Positions 11,306 through 23,584 are shown, numbered from the stretch's first letter. The stretch: DNA of 64,000 bases from an uncultured Planctomycetota bacterium (GCA_963719315.1 CAVRBU010000002.1:128001-192000); one strand, 5' to 3'. Notes: a model not told the origin generated them from the letters alone. A program made the numbers and translations.

Positions 11306-12424
11306 CTAACTCGCAATCGCAATTGGTATGCGGGATTCAATTGCGCGTCCCACTTGTTCAATCTGTCGAGAATTCAATCCCGGAAACATCGGCAGCGACA
11401 GGATGCGACCCGCCAGACGCGTGCTCACCGGCGCCCCTTCGGGCAGCGTGCGGCTTGCCCTGAAGGGCGCAAGGAGATGAATCGGCGTCGGATAGTGGAT
11501 CCCGCACTGCACGCCGCTGGCTTGCAAATGTGCTGCCAACGCATCGCGCTGCGAATGCTGTACGACGTACAGGTGATAGACATGGGTCACGTCGGCCCGC
11601 TCCGTCGGCAGCACTAGTTCGAATCGCTCGGAAAGCACCTCGCGATACCGGGCGGCTGCCGCCCGCCGCTGTTCGTTCCCGTCCGCAAGATAGCAAAGCT
11701 TGACCGACAGGATCGACGCCTGCAGCGTATCGAGACGACTGTTATAGCCCAACATCTCGTATTTGTTTTTCGACCGCTGGCCGTAGTTACGTAACATTTG
11801 CACGCGGTCGGCGAGTGTGTCGCAATTCGTGACCACCATGCCGCCGTCGCCGAATGCTCCAAGATTCTTGCTCGGGTAGAAGCTGTAACACGCCGCGGTG
11901 CCGAACGAACCCAACGGCTGACCACCAATGAGCGCGCCGTGCGCCTGACAAGCGTCCTGAACGACGGGCAGGTCATATCTATTGGCGATATCCATGATCG
12001 ACGGCATGTCGGCCGGTTGCCCGTACAAATGCACCGGTACGATCGCTTTAGTCCGGGGCGTGATTGCCTGTTCGATCAGGTCAACGTCGATCAAGTAATC
12101 TGCGGGATTAACGTCGACGAGCACTGGCGTCGCGCCCGTGTATGCGATCGCAAGCGCCGTGGCGATAAACGTGTTGGCGGCGGTAATCACCTCGTCGCCG
12201 GGGCCGACGCCAAGCGCCCGCAGTGTGAGGTGCAACGCTTCGGTCCCGTTCCCGAGACCCACGCCGTGGCGAGCGCCGCAAAAGCCGGCAAACGAATGTT
12301 CGAATGCGGCGACCTGATCGCCCAGGATGTATTGACCCTCGTCGATGGCCCGCTCCACGGCCGCGGAAATTTCGCGCCGAACTTCATCCGATTGGCTTCG
12401 CAAATCAACAAAAGGAATCGTCAT
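11306..12424 (-). CDS. DegT/DnrJ/EryC1/StrS PLP-dependent sugar aminotransferase
   Basis: MTIPFVDL, GNGTEAL, DACQAHGA, SFYPSKNLGAFGDGG, GYNSRLD. Confidence 0.92.
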   Translation of the reverse strand: MTIPFVDLRSQSDEVRREISAAVERAIDEGQYILGDQVAAFEHSFAGFCGARHGVGLGNGTEALHLTLRALGVGPGDEVITAANTFIATALAIAYTGATPVLVDVNPADYLIDVDLIEQAITPRTKAIVPVHLYGQPADMPSIMDIANRYDLPVVQDACQAHGALIGGQPLGSFGTAACYSFYPSKNLGAFGDGGMVVTNCDTLADRVQMLRNYGQRSKNKYEMLGYNSRLDTLQASILSVKLCYLADGNEQRRAAAARYREVLSERFELVLPTERADVTHVYHLYVVQHSQRDALAAHLQASGVQCGIHYPTPIHLLAPFRASRTLPEGAPVSTRLAGRILSLPMFPGLNSRQIEQVGRAIESRIPIAIAS

Positions 12425-13025
12425 ATCGAAAGTGCTTCCAGTTCCGAATGTTGACATCGCATCTGGGGCGTTTCACCACAGGCGTCGCAAGTCGCCGAAC
12501 AAAAACTTCCCATTAACTTCTGGCCACAACGGCACACGTGGCCGACGGTGCGTGCCGGCGCACGACCACTAGCGCGAATGGCGGCACGTCGGCCGTGACC
12601 ACCGAACCGGCGGCGATCATGCTATACCGGCCTAAACGAATTCCGGGCAGAATCGTAGCATTTCCGCCGATCGATACGCCCCGTTCCACGATCGTGGGCG
12701 ACAGCCAATGCTCTGGAGATTCGTACCGCGCCGCCGCCTGGGGCATACGCGGCGAGCGCGGATGCCGGTCGTTCGTGAATGTCGCGTTAGGTCCGACGAA
12801 CACATCGTCTTCCAGCGTGACTCCCATCCACACGCACACATTGTTTTTCAACGTGACGTTATTCCCGATCGTCGCCCCGGACTCCACGAACGCATGGTCG
12901 CCCAGATTGCAATTGCCGCCGACGCGGGCCCCACGCATCACGTGCGCGAACGCCCAAATGCGCGTGCCGGCGCCAATGTCGTCGGTCTCGACGATTGCGG
13001 CTGAGTGATAATAGCTTTCGAGCAT
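12421..13025 (-). CDS. Hexapeptide-repeat sugar N-acetyltransferase, frameshifted near 12562
   Basis: IGAGTRIWAFAHV, LEDDVFVGPNATFTND; adding one G restores VVGAPARTVGHVCRCG and a stop overlapping the aminotransferase ATG. Confidence 0.82.
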
Positions 13026-13026
13026 G

Positions 13027-14117
13027 TCAGTTTCCCGGCACCGTGACGAGCGACTCCCGCTCCGCTTCGTTCGTATTGAACTGGCTGCCGCGGCGGCGCG
13101 GAACGGCACCCAGAATCGGCATCTGGCCCCCACTATCGCGCAAAGATCTGTCGGCCGCCTCGATCACTTCGACGACGCGCAGCCCGTTCCATCCATCGGT
13201 CTTGGGCGTCGAACCCGACACAATCGCATGGATAAAACAGCGTATCTCCGCCTTGAGTGGCTCGCTTTCTTCGATCCGCGGACTGTAAATATCGCCATAC
13301 CGGTAACTGTAAAGAAATTCGCCAAACGAACTGGCATCGGCGGCGGCGTGCACGCCGGTATCGTAAATTCGTATTTTTTCCAACGGCTCGATATCGTCAT
13401 ACACCGCCATTTTCTTGCTACCGACGACCGTCATCACCCGCCGTTTGCGGGGATCCAACCAACTGACGTGCACGATTCCGATGCGGTTATCGGGAAATTG
13501 CATAGTCAGATTGCAGACGTCGTGAATCCGCCGATCCAGATACGCCAGACCAGAACAACTGACGCTGGTGGGCGAGCGCCCATAAGTTCCAAGATGATCG
13601 ACGTATCGTGAGGCGCGAGGTCCCACAGCGCGTTGACATCGCGCCTCACCGGGCCCAAGTTGAGCCTCGTGGAGCTGATGTAGTAGATGTCGCCCAGTTC
13701 GCCGTTGGAGACGATGTCTTTCAATTTGGCGACGGCGGCAGAATACAGAAACACGTGGCCCACGAACAGCACGCGCCCGTTCGATTCGGCACAGTCAATC
13801 AGGTCGGCGCATTCATCGCCGCGAGTGGCCAACGGCTTTTCGACGAACGTGTGCAGACCGGCCTCGAGTGCTCGCTTCGCCAATCGATAGTGTGTCTTCG
13901 TGGGGGTCGCGATGACAACGGCATCCACTCGATCGCGCCGCAAGACATCGGCGTCTTCGGTCGTGCCAATCGCCGTCGGGAATCGAGTGCAAATCTGATT
14001 CAGCTTCTGTGTATCGCGTTCGCAAATGTATGCGACTTCGCATTCCGCCGATTCCTGAAAGCACCGAAGCAGGTTGGGCCCCCAATACCCAGTTCCGATT
14101 ATGCCGACTCGAATCAT
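13027..14117 (-). CDS. Gfo/Idh/MocA family oxidoreductase, frameshifted near 13579
   Basis: GIIGTGYWGPN, VEKPLA, LWDLAPHD then HVSWLDPRKRR in a second frame. Confidence 0.85.
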
Positions 14118-14160
14118 GTTGCATCCTCAAATTGACAAAGCACTACCGCCGCGAACACAC

Positions 14161-14943
14161 TCATTCCGACGCGATTGCGGGAATCGTCATCAGCAGGATC
14201 GCCACGTCTAGCCAGAAGCTTCGCCGGCGAACATACGCCACGTCGAGCTGCATCATCCTCGTGAATGTCGTGCTATTCTTCCCGCTTACTTGCCACAAAC
14301 CCGTTATGCCCGGCAAGACATCGAATCGCCGCCGATGACGGCTGGCATAATTGTTGAATGGCACCACATCCGGGCGCGGTCCCACCAAACTCATTTCGCC
14401 CTTTAATACATTGAGTAGTTGCGGCAACTCGTCGATGCCGAGTTTTCGCAGCAGCCGACCACCCGGGATGATCTGCAATTGATCGTCGCGCTTTTGAAGC
14501 GTGCCATCGTTGGCCATTAGATCGGCAACGTGAGAGAGATGTTGTCGACACTCCGGGCTGACTTCCATCGTGCGGAACTTCCACATTTTGAACGGCCGGC
14601 CGCCCAAACCGTAACGCCGTTGACGAAACAATACCGGTCCGCGGGACACGCATTTGATGAATAACGCCACGGCCAATAAGGCCGGCAACAACAAGACCAG
14701 CAGCACGCCGCCCAACGTAACATCCATCGTTCGTTTCCAGGCCGGACAAGGACACACTACCCTCCGCCTCCGACCGGCAAGCTTCTGCCGTAAACCGAGT
14801 TCGTAGGCAGTGGATTCGTCGGCGACATTCTCTTCCAGCGAGCGGTTTGCGGCCTCTTCCGCCTGTGTATCTATGGGCACGCTCGGCGAACTGGATTGCC
14901 AACTTTGCGCTACGCCGGTGCTATCCATTGAGATTTGTGACAT
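14161..14943 (-). CDS. Bacterial sugar transferase (priming phosphoglycosyltransferase)
   Basis: KRTMD, MWKFRTM, DELPQLLNVLKGEMSLVGPRP, PGITGLWQV. Confidence 0.92.
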   Translation of the reverse strand: MSQISMDSTGVAQSWQSSSPSVPIDTQAEEAANRSLEENVADESTAYELGLRQKLAGRRRRVVCPCPAWKRTMDVTLGGVLLVLLLPALLAVALFIKCVSRGPVLFRQRRYGLGGRPFKMWKFRTMEVSPECRQHLSHVADLMANDGTLQKRDDQLQIIPGGRLLRKLGIDELPQLLNVLKGEMSLVGPRPDVVPFNNYASRHRRRFDVLPGITGLWQVSGKNSTTFTRMMQLDVAYVRRRSFWLDVAILLMTIPAIASE

Positions 14944-15017
14944 CGCAAAATCCTACCACGCGTGTTGCATTGCCCCTGCAACACCCCCCAAGGCCCATTT
15001 GCAACAACCCGCCTGCG

Positions 15018-17284
15018 CTACAATCGATCGTAAAGCCAGCCCGGCACATGATCGCGCCGGTTTGCAAATACGACCCCGGCGATTCGGACTCCGGTACGAT
15101 CGAGCATCGCCTTTGCCCGTCGCGCCGCGTTGATTCGGGTCCGTTCCGCCTCGACCACCAGCACCACTGCATCCAACCAACCGGCAGATGGCGGTGAATC
15201 GAACTCGGACGCCGGCGGCATATCGATAACCACCAGGCCGTATTCTGACTTCAAATCGTCGAGCTGCGAGCGATCTGCACTGGCGTGACCGTCGTCGGTC
15301 GATTCGCCGTTCTCGGAGCCCGGCGTCATCACGGCGAGATTGCCGCGATCGGCCGCGTGAACGCAACTGTGAATATTCGCGGCGCCGGCTACTACCTCGC
15401 GCCAGCCCGCCGATCCATTCAGTCCGAATCGCCGCGTCACGCGGCGGTGTCGCTCGTCGCCGTCGATCAGAAGCACCGGCGCCGTGCCGCAGTTGGCCGC
15501 TTGAATCGCCAATTCGGCTGCCACCCGGCTGCGGGCTTTCGACGGTTCACAACCGACCACACCCACTGCCTGAGCGTGCAACTGGCCGTTGATGCCGGCA
15601 GCGTGCATCAATTCGCGAACCAATGCTCGATAACGACCAGCGACCGCTTCGTTGATCTCGCTCGACGCGCCGTCTACCTCCGAGTTGGCAGCGGCGGACT
15701 TCGCTTGTCCGCGTCGACGTTTGCGGTACGGGATCGTCAGCAGCACGGGAAGACCGAGCTCCTGCTCGACTTGCTCCGTCGTCCGCAGCGTTTGGTCGAA
15801 GATTTCCCTTGCGAACGCCAGGACGAACGCGCCGCCGGTGGCAACAACCAGGCCGAACCCAAGCAGCAGCGCTTTTTCGGCGCGGTGGGTTTGCCGACAA
15901 AGGTCGCCGCCTGTGCGACTTTGATGTTCGAAATCTGCTCGCGGCCCAGCGCGTCGTTCACGCGCGCTTGTTCCAGTTTCTCGACATGCATGCGGTATTT
16001 TCCGTCCAGAAGTTGCACGTTTCGCTCCAACTCGTCGAGTTGCAACTCGTGGTCGTTGAGCGCCCGCAGGTCCTTAATCAATTCGTTCTGCTGCTGTTGC
16101 ACCGCTACTTGCCGCGCTTGCAGAGCTGCCTTCCTCGACTGAGCTTGAAGCAGGTCCAGCTCCAGCTTGCGCTGATTCGGGTTGAGCGCCGCCGTTGTTT
16201 GGGTGCGTTCATCGGGCACATCCTTTAGAATCGTCTCGGCCTCCTTGCGCTGGCGTTGGATTTGCTCGAGCAGTGGATGATTTTCGCTGTAGCGCGAACG
16301 TAACTTGCTCTCCTCAATTTCCAACTCGTATAACTTTTCGCGCATGAGGTCCTTCGCCTCGTTGGCAAAGCCGTTGACTCGATTCGTGACGAGTTCCGGC
16401 TGGAGCGAACCGATTGCTCGGGTCAGATCCGCAATTTCCGCATCGGCATAGGCGAGCTCGCGCCCCGTGGCCAGCATCTGCAGCTCGACATCCTCCATTT
16501 GCTTGGCAAACACGGCCCGGCGGGCTTCGATCGATGAAACTTGAAACTCGTTCTTGCGATCCCGCAACTCTGCTTCCGACGCCTCCAATTCATTTTGAAG
16601 CTTGTCCGCTTGTTCGGAGAAAAACTTCAACGAACCCTCGGTGTGATTCACGCGCACGTGCTCCTCAAGGAACACGTTTGTCAGAGCCTCCACGACATCG
16701 TGGGCCAACTGCGGTGATGCGGCCGAATAGCTCACGGTAATCACGGTTGATTCTTTCGGAGCATACGCCTTCACGCCGCTATCGAGCTTGCGAATCGCCA
16801 TCTCTTCCGGCGTACCTGGGTCGGAGAGCCGCAACGCAGTCAATGAAGTTTTAAGACGGTCGCTTACCCACGATTTTGCTTCCGCAAGCTTGTCCACCCA
16901 TTCGGGTGAGCTTTGTACTGCCGTATCTCCCGATTTGCTGGCCGGCAGATCCTGAAGTATTCGCTCGGCGCCGACCCGCTCAACGACGCGCTGATATACT
17001 TCGCGAGACACCAAAACCTGCAGCGCCGAATTGACTTCATCCACCTGCGTCTTTTGCAGCATGATGGTCTGACCGGTCGTGGCGGTTGGATCCAATGCCA
17101 CGCTTTCGCGGCCTACGCGAATAAACATCTTCGATTCCGATGTGTAGGCGCGTGGATAAATGGCAATCGCTAACAGCGTGAGCGCCGTCGCCGCACAGAA
17201 AAACAATGCCATCAAAAGGCGATGACGAAACAGCACGCGCGCAACTTTGCGCGGCGTGAATTGATTTTGATGATTTGCGAGCAT
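15018..17284 (-). CDS. Wzc/GumC-like polysaccharide co-polymerase with degenerate kinase-like C-terminal domain, frameshifted at ~15875
   Basis: TM, long coiled coil (YSENHP), TM; one extra A in an A-run gives PKKALLLGFG...ELGLPVLLTIP, joining ORF 15018..15746 (LLIDGD, VVIDMPP). Confidence 0.82.
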
Positions 17285-17650
17285 GGGAGTGCGAAGAAGT
17301 GAGACGGCCGATCCGCTCTCGCGACTCCATCCGACCAGAGCAAAGAACGCGGTAAAGCCCACCGCAAGCAATCGAGTGGGCAGCCCGACAAAACCCGCCA
17401 AGTCCGCTTAGGGAGCCATAATCCTGACATACCCCAAGCATCTCAACCGCTTTACTTTACTCAGACATCTCTTAATCGCCAAGTTATCCATAATATTTAC
17501 ATGAATCAACGTAAAATCCTATACGTAGAAGTTCAGGTTGGACCCGATTTGCTTTTTAGTGTCCAGGATATTATTTGGTTCACCTTAAACCATTACTCGA
17601 CAGTGAGTTATGGTACTTTCTGCTACGCGCCAAAACATTAGCAGTCAGGT

Positions 17651-18833
17651 TATACCCTGCGTGGGGATAAATGATCTGTTCCCGAGTAGCTGATTTGTTG
17701 TACAAGGCCCTTATGTCGCCATCGAGGAGGATGGCGTGTTGCTGGCAAGGAGGGCTGTCATGGCTTGGTTTCGAGTCCGATTGACGGAAGAGGAACAGCG
17801 AATTGTCGCGGCCGAGCGGGAGTCTCATCCGGAGTCGCATGTCCGCCGCAAGATGCTGGTGTTGTGGTCGCTGCAGTGTGGTTTGAAGCGATCCCAGGCG
17901 GCGAAATTGGCGGGGGTCGGAGTGGCGACCGTCGGGCGGTACGTTGCGGCCTATCGTGATGGCGGGTTGGAGGGTCTGCGGCGGTGGAATGTGCAAGGGC
18001 CCGTGAGCGACTTGGCCGCCTATCGCGACGTGATCCGCGCGTCGTTCGAGAACCAGCCGGTCCGCACGACCGCGGAAGCCTGCGAACGCATTTACCAACT
18101 GACCGGCCTGCGGCGGGGACTGTCGCAAACTCGCAAGTTCCTGAAAGACATGGGACTCAAGTGGCAGCGGGTCCGGGCGCTCCCCGTGCCGCCCAAAAAA
18201 ACTTGGCCCAGCATGTCGCCGCGCAGGCCCTGTTTCACGACGTTCGAACTGAAGCCCCGCCTCGACGCCGCCGCCCGAGGGCGGGGACACGTCTTCTTCG
18301 TCGATGCGGCCCACTTTGTGTACGGGACGTTCCTGTGCTGCTTGTGGTCGTTCACGCGAATCTTCGTGCGGGCCGCCTCGGGCCGCCAGCGGTTCAATGT
18401 CCTGGGAGCCTGGAACGCCGTGACCCGCGAACTGGTAAGCGTGACCAACACCACGGTCGTCAACACGGAAACGATGTGCGAGCTGTTGCGGAAGATCGCT
18501 GCCCTCGGTCTGGCCGGACCGATCACGTTGGTGCTGGACAACGCTCGCTACCAACGTAACGCCGCGGTGCAAGCGTTGGCGACGCAACTGGAAATCACGC
18601 TGCTGTTCCTGCCCTCCTACTCGCCGAACCTGAACCTCATCGAACGGCTTTGGAAGTTCATCAAGCGGCGGGCCATCTATGGGCGTTACCATCCCGGATT
18701 TCAAGAGTTTCAAGCCGCCATCCAAGAAACAATCGCCGACCTCGCAACCCGCCACGCCGAACCCCTCAAATCCCTCATGACGCTCAACTTTCAGCGATTC
18801 GAAGATGTCTCATTGCTGGCCGCGTAGGGTATA
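17651..18833 (+). mobile_element. IS630-family insertion sequence
   Basis: Imperfect TIRs TATACCCTGCGTGG / reverse complement TATACCCTACGCGG with terminal TA, enclosing a transposase. Confidence 0.88.
17760..18827 (+). CDS. IS630 family transposase
   Basis: N-terminal HTH; DDE region FVDAAHF, LVLDNARYQ, LPSYSPNLNLIERLW. Confidence 0.93.
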   Translation: MAWFRVRLTEEEQRIVAAERESHPESHVRRKMLVLWSLQCGLKRSQAAKLAGVGVATVGRYVAAYRDGGLEGLRRWNVQGPVSDLAAYRDVIRASFENQPVRTTAEACERIYQLTGLRRGLSQTRKFLKDMGLKWQRVRALPVPPKKTWPSMSPRRPCFTTFELKPRLDAAARGRGHVFFVDAAHFVYGTFLCCLWSFTRIFVRAASGRQRFNVLGAWNAVTRELVSVTNTTVVNTETMCELLRKIAALGLAGPITLVLDNARYQRNAAVQALATQLEITLLFLPSYSPNLNLIERLWKFIKRRAIYGRYHPGFQEFQAAIQETIADLATRHAEPLKSLMTLNFQRFEDVSLLAA

Positions 18834-18975
18834 GTTAATCACCCTGAGCTAAATCGTGCCAAAATTGGAGTGAAAGGAAAGCGGCCCAGATCGACCCTCG
18901 CGATCCGACCCACGCTAAAGAATTCGGCGCTTCCGCGAGTAACTTCTGATCCGAGCCCGCGTCACTACCAAGCGG

Positions 18976-21900
18976 CTACCCAGCCCCCACCATCCGCAGC
19001 CTGTCGCCGGCGCCCTCTGGCGGCCACGAGGCAATCCGTTCCGTCATCGCCTCGCGCCGCAACGAGCCCGGCATCGTCAATAACCGTTCGGCCCGCTGCC
19101 GCGTCGGATCGTCGACATCGGCCAACCAACGAATTTCGCGGGCCTCGCGCGCCGCAATCGCCCGACCATTCAAAAACGCCACCCGATTGCTTCGTAGCGC
19201 CGTTACCCGCGTGCCTACCGTCACGATCCCGAAAAGGTTTAACGGATCGACCGCCGACACCACGGCCCAACTTTCGGCTTCCGGTTCATCCCGCAACTTT
19301 CGCAATTGTTCGACCGCTTCGGGCAGCGCGAACTGCTCACCGGCGACGCCGCCTACAAACCGCCCACCACGAATTTCGCCCCGCATCTCGAGCCGGCGAT
19401 ACACTCGCGCAAGCTCGCCCCAAGTTGGCGCGAGCGACTCCCGCCCTAGCAAGTCACGAAACATGACGCCATACCGCAGCAGCAGCAGCCAGGCCCATTT
19501 TTCGATCCGCTCGTCACTCTCGATCTTCGGCACAAACGGCGGAAATTTGGACCATCGGCCGCCCTGCGCGTAGGCGCCGGGACGCCGTTGCCGCCTCGAC
19601 CGACGATGCCGGCTGCCCAGCGCGTGCTTCGACTTTGCGCTGATCGCCCGCACCGCGCCAAATCCATCGGATGTCACCAGTCCTAATGCCGCTAACTCGC
19701 GCAGCGCGTCTTCCAGTTGCGACGGCAACAAACTCGTCGCCGCGAGCAAGTCATTAAAGAACAGCGCTCCGTGGGCCGTGAGTGATTCGTACACCCTCTG
19801 TGCATCCCACCGCGCGCCCGCAGGCGATGCGATGCGCTCGAGCGGCAGCAACCACGCCAAATTATCCCGTCGAACCAACGCGATGGGCGAAACGCGCGTG
19901 AGCACTTGTCCACGAGCATCCTCTGTCGCGCGAGGCGGTTCAAGCCGGCCCCACACGACTTCGCCACTCGCGAACAATCGATCGAGCCATTCGCTCTCAT
20001 ACGCCATACGTGTCGTCAACAGCTCGTGTTCCCAAGCGCCACCGGCGCCTCGAATCCTTCCAGCATCCCGATGATTCGCCGCAGGCCACCCGTGCCGCCC
20101 GGCTGCGACTCGCTCGATATCTCGTGATGGGCCAGCAAAAACCGCATGAAACCGGCCGCATCGACGGGCGCCACTTGCCGTCGTAGTCCGTCCAGCGTGA
20201 GCCGATGAATTCGCGCAAGAAGCCGCCGCTCGCACCACTCGTTTTCGCCCGCTTGATTCGTGAAGTGGCCACGCAGCAAGAATCCGGCTAGCTCCAATTG
20301 CTCGAGCGCCACCTGCACGCCGGTCAATTCCATGCCGAGTTTATCCGCAACTTGCGCCGCTGTGGTCGGCCCGCAAATCTCCAGTCGGCCGCGAATGAGC
20401 AACATGCGGGCATCGTCTCTCGTGACTTCGACGCGCAACGATTCAGGCAGCGTCTCCGGCGGCGTTTTGTCGGCGAGCGTTAGAGCTGCGTTCACCGCCG
20501 GCCACCGTTCGACGGCCAGCCACAGCGTTGGCCCGTCTATCACGTCACTCCGCACCACCCTGCCCTGCGATTCCAATTCCGCAAAAAACGGCCACCACGC
20601 CGCCCCCTCAGCTTCCTGCAGTGCGCCAGCCGAAAGCAGCAGATCGTGCAACTCCTCAGCATCGCGAACCACCGGCCAGGCGTCGGCTTGCACAAGTGCG
20701 ATCGCCTCCGGATCGAGCCGCCCCAAATCGCGCACGTCGTCGGCGCGGAACGATCGCCTCACGGCCACGGCCCGCGCCCGGCGTTCCTCCAGCGGCGCAT
20801 CATCCAGAAACGCGTACACATTCGCATTCACCAGTTGGTGGCTGAATGGCGACGGCTCGCGCGTGTCGCGGGCCACGAGTTCGATTCGGCCAGCATCGAT
20901 CTCCCGTAACAATTCGATCCAGCCGTCGAAATCCATCACTTCGTGCAGGCAGTCGTAGACAGTTTGTTGAACGAGCGGATGATCGGGCGGCTCCAGATCT
21001 CCAGTGCGGTGCTCGAAGCAAGCGGTTTGCATTGGGAATACGGCCGTCAGCAAATCCTCTGCCCGAAACTTCTGCAAATGAGGCGGCACTTTCTTGCCTG
21101 CCCGCTGCCTTAGCACGGCCAGCGCCCGCGTCACGTTCCATCGCCACCGCACGCCGAACATCGGCGCCGCCAACAGCGCTTGAACCAAAACGGATTCGGC
21201 GATCGACGGATCAAGCAGCGTAAACATCTGCTCCAGCGGAAAACTTTGCTGCGGGCCAATGGCGAGCACGATTCCATTGTCGTCGGCGCTCGCTTGCAAC
21301 TCGAAGTCAAACGTGCGGCAGAAGCACTTTCGCAGTGCCAGACCCCATGCGCGATTGATGCGCGCCCGAACGGCGCATGGATCACAAGCTGCATCCCGCC
21401 CGACTCATCGAAAAACCGCTCGAACACAACGCGACGCTGGCTCGGCACCAGGCCAATCGCGGCCCCCTGGGCCTCGACGTAATTCGCCGCTTGTCGCGCG
21501 GCCCATTCCTCAGCGCCGGTTTCCTGACGCAGCCAGGCGACGGCGCCGTCCACCGATTCGCGCGCATGATCCCAAATCTGTTCCCGCAATTCCGAAAACT
21601 CGGTCGAAAGCTCGGCAGTTCGCCCCGGCGCCTCGCCTAACCAAAACGGCACCGTAGCTGGCGCGCCGTGCGCATCGAGGACCGTCACCTCGCCGCCACG
21701 CACATACAGAATCCGCCACGATACGTTGCCGAGCTGGAACACGTTGCCGGATTGGCTTTCGATCGCGAAATCTTCATTCAGCGTGCCGACAAACGTCCGC
21801 TCGCCCTCGGTGACGACTCGATAATCGGCCTGCTCTGGAATCGCCCCGCCCGAAGTCAGCGATGATATCCGCGCATGCCGCCGAGCACGCAACCGGTGGT

Positions 21901-23331
21901 GAATTTGGTCGCGATGCAGATACGCTCCAGCACGGTTTCCAGATGCTATTCCTTCGCTCAGCATTGCGACGATCGCGTCAAAATCCGTGCGCTTCAAATC
22001 GCGATACGGCCAAGCCTTTCGGCACAATGAGAATAGCTCATCCTCCTGCCATTCGTCGCAGGCCACCGCGGCCACGATTTGTTGTGCCAGAATGTCGAGC
22101 GGCGCGATGGGGATTTCAACGCGATCCAAATGTCCATTTCGCACAGCCCGGACGAGCGCGAGCGATTCCAGCAATTCGTCGCGCGTCAGCGCGAACAACC
22201 GGCCTTTCGGCACCTGTCCCAACGCGTGGCCCGCCCGCCCCACTCGCTGCAAAAACGTAGCGATCGACCGCGGCGAACCGATTTGGCAAACGAGGTCGAT
22301 GTAGCCGATGTCGATGCCCAATTCGAGCGAAGCGGTCGCCACGATCGCCTTCAACTGACCCGCTTTCAACTTCTCCTCGGCCTTGAGCCGCGTTTCGCGC
22401 GACAAACTCCCGTGGTGGCTGGCCACCTGCCCTTCGCCGAGTTGCTCCTCGAGATAGTGCGTTACCCGCTCGGCCAGTCGCCGCGTGTTGACGAACACGA
22501 GTGTGCTGCGGTGCTCATTAATCAAATGGCCGAGTCGGGCGTAAATTTCCTGCCACGTTTCGACCGAACAAACGGCCGACAATTCACTGGGCGGCACTTC
22601 GACAGCCAGGTCCAATTCGCGAACGTGCCCCGTATCAATGATCCGGCAATGCGGCTCGCCACTTGCTGCGACGTTTTCCGAACCGACAAGGAATCTCGCA
22701 ATCTCATCGATTGGCCGCTGAGTTGCCGAGAGGCCAATACGCGTCGGCGGCGCGGCGCACAATTGGTCCAATCGGGCCAGCGATAGCGACAGGTGTGAGC
22801 CTCGCTTGTCGCGCGCCAGGGCATGAATTTCGTCCACGATCAAAGTGCGTACGTTCCGCAAAATGTCGCGACCCTTCGCGCTCGTCAGCAGTAGGTACAG
22901 CGACTCCGGCGTGGTCACCAAAATATGAGGCGGCTTCCGCAGCATTGCCTGCCGCTGGCTGGAGGGCGTGTCGCCGGTTCGCACCGCGACACGGATGGGC
23001 TGTGGTTCGGCGTCGGCTGCAAACGCCGCTTCCCGAATCTCCTCCAACGGCACCTGCAGATTGCGCTGAATGTCGTTACTGAGCGCCTTCAGCGGCGACA
23101 CATAAACGACCTGCGTTTCATCGGGCAGAGTTTGATCGATGGCTTGTCGCAATAATCGATCGATCGCCGCCATGAACGCGGCCAGCGTCTTGCCGGATCC
23201 CGTCGGCGCCGCTACCAGAGTGTGCTCGCCGGCCAAGATCGCCGGCCAACTCAGAGCCTGCGCCTCGCTCGCGCGCTAAATCGCCCGGCGAACCACTCGC
23301 GAACGATTGGATGAAATTGGGCAATCGACAT
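18976..23331 (-). CDS. lhr: Lhr-family ATP-dependent DEAH helicase (long form), split by frameshifts at ~23270, ~21365 and ~20043
   Basis: [45 protein letters not shown]-terminal [24 protein letters not shown]. Confidence 0.85.
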
Positions 23332-23381
23332 TGAGGCATTATATGCCTGCTTGGTTCCGCCGGCAGCCCGCCAAGGAAGCC

Positions 23382-23504
23382 GGTGGGTATCCCAATCTGC
23401 GGCACAACAAGCTTGTACCACGGACTTCAGTCCGTGATTATCGTACGGACTGAAGTCCGTGCTACAAAGTTCCGGTACGAACGGTGCCAAATTAGGACAC
23501 CACT
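23382..23504. mobile_element. MITE copy 1 containing a REP doublet
   Basis: Similar to 41749..41870 and 60389..60510; flanked by 9-bp direct repeat AAGGAAGCC; left TIR degenerate. Confidence 0.8.
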
Positions 23505-23529
23505 AAGGAAGCCGCGAGTCGAACGCCAC

Positions 23530-23557
23530 AAAAAAGCCCGACCAAGCCGGCCGGGCT
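23530..23557 (-). terminator. Probable intrinsic terminator after the Tat oxidoreductase
   Basis: Minus strand AGCCCGGCCGGCTTGGTCGGGCTTTTTT: GC hairpin followed by a T run. Confidence 0.65.
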
Positions 23558-23584
23558 AAATCTGAATTGGAAATCAGAGCCGAA

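Noticed and set aside
18976..23331. Lhr helicase as a multi-gene or defence system
   Set aside because: The fragments rejoin into one known long-form Lhr by single-base corrections, and no defence partners are adjacent.
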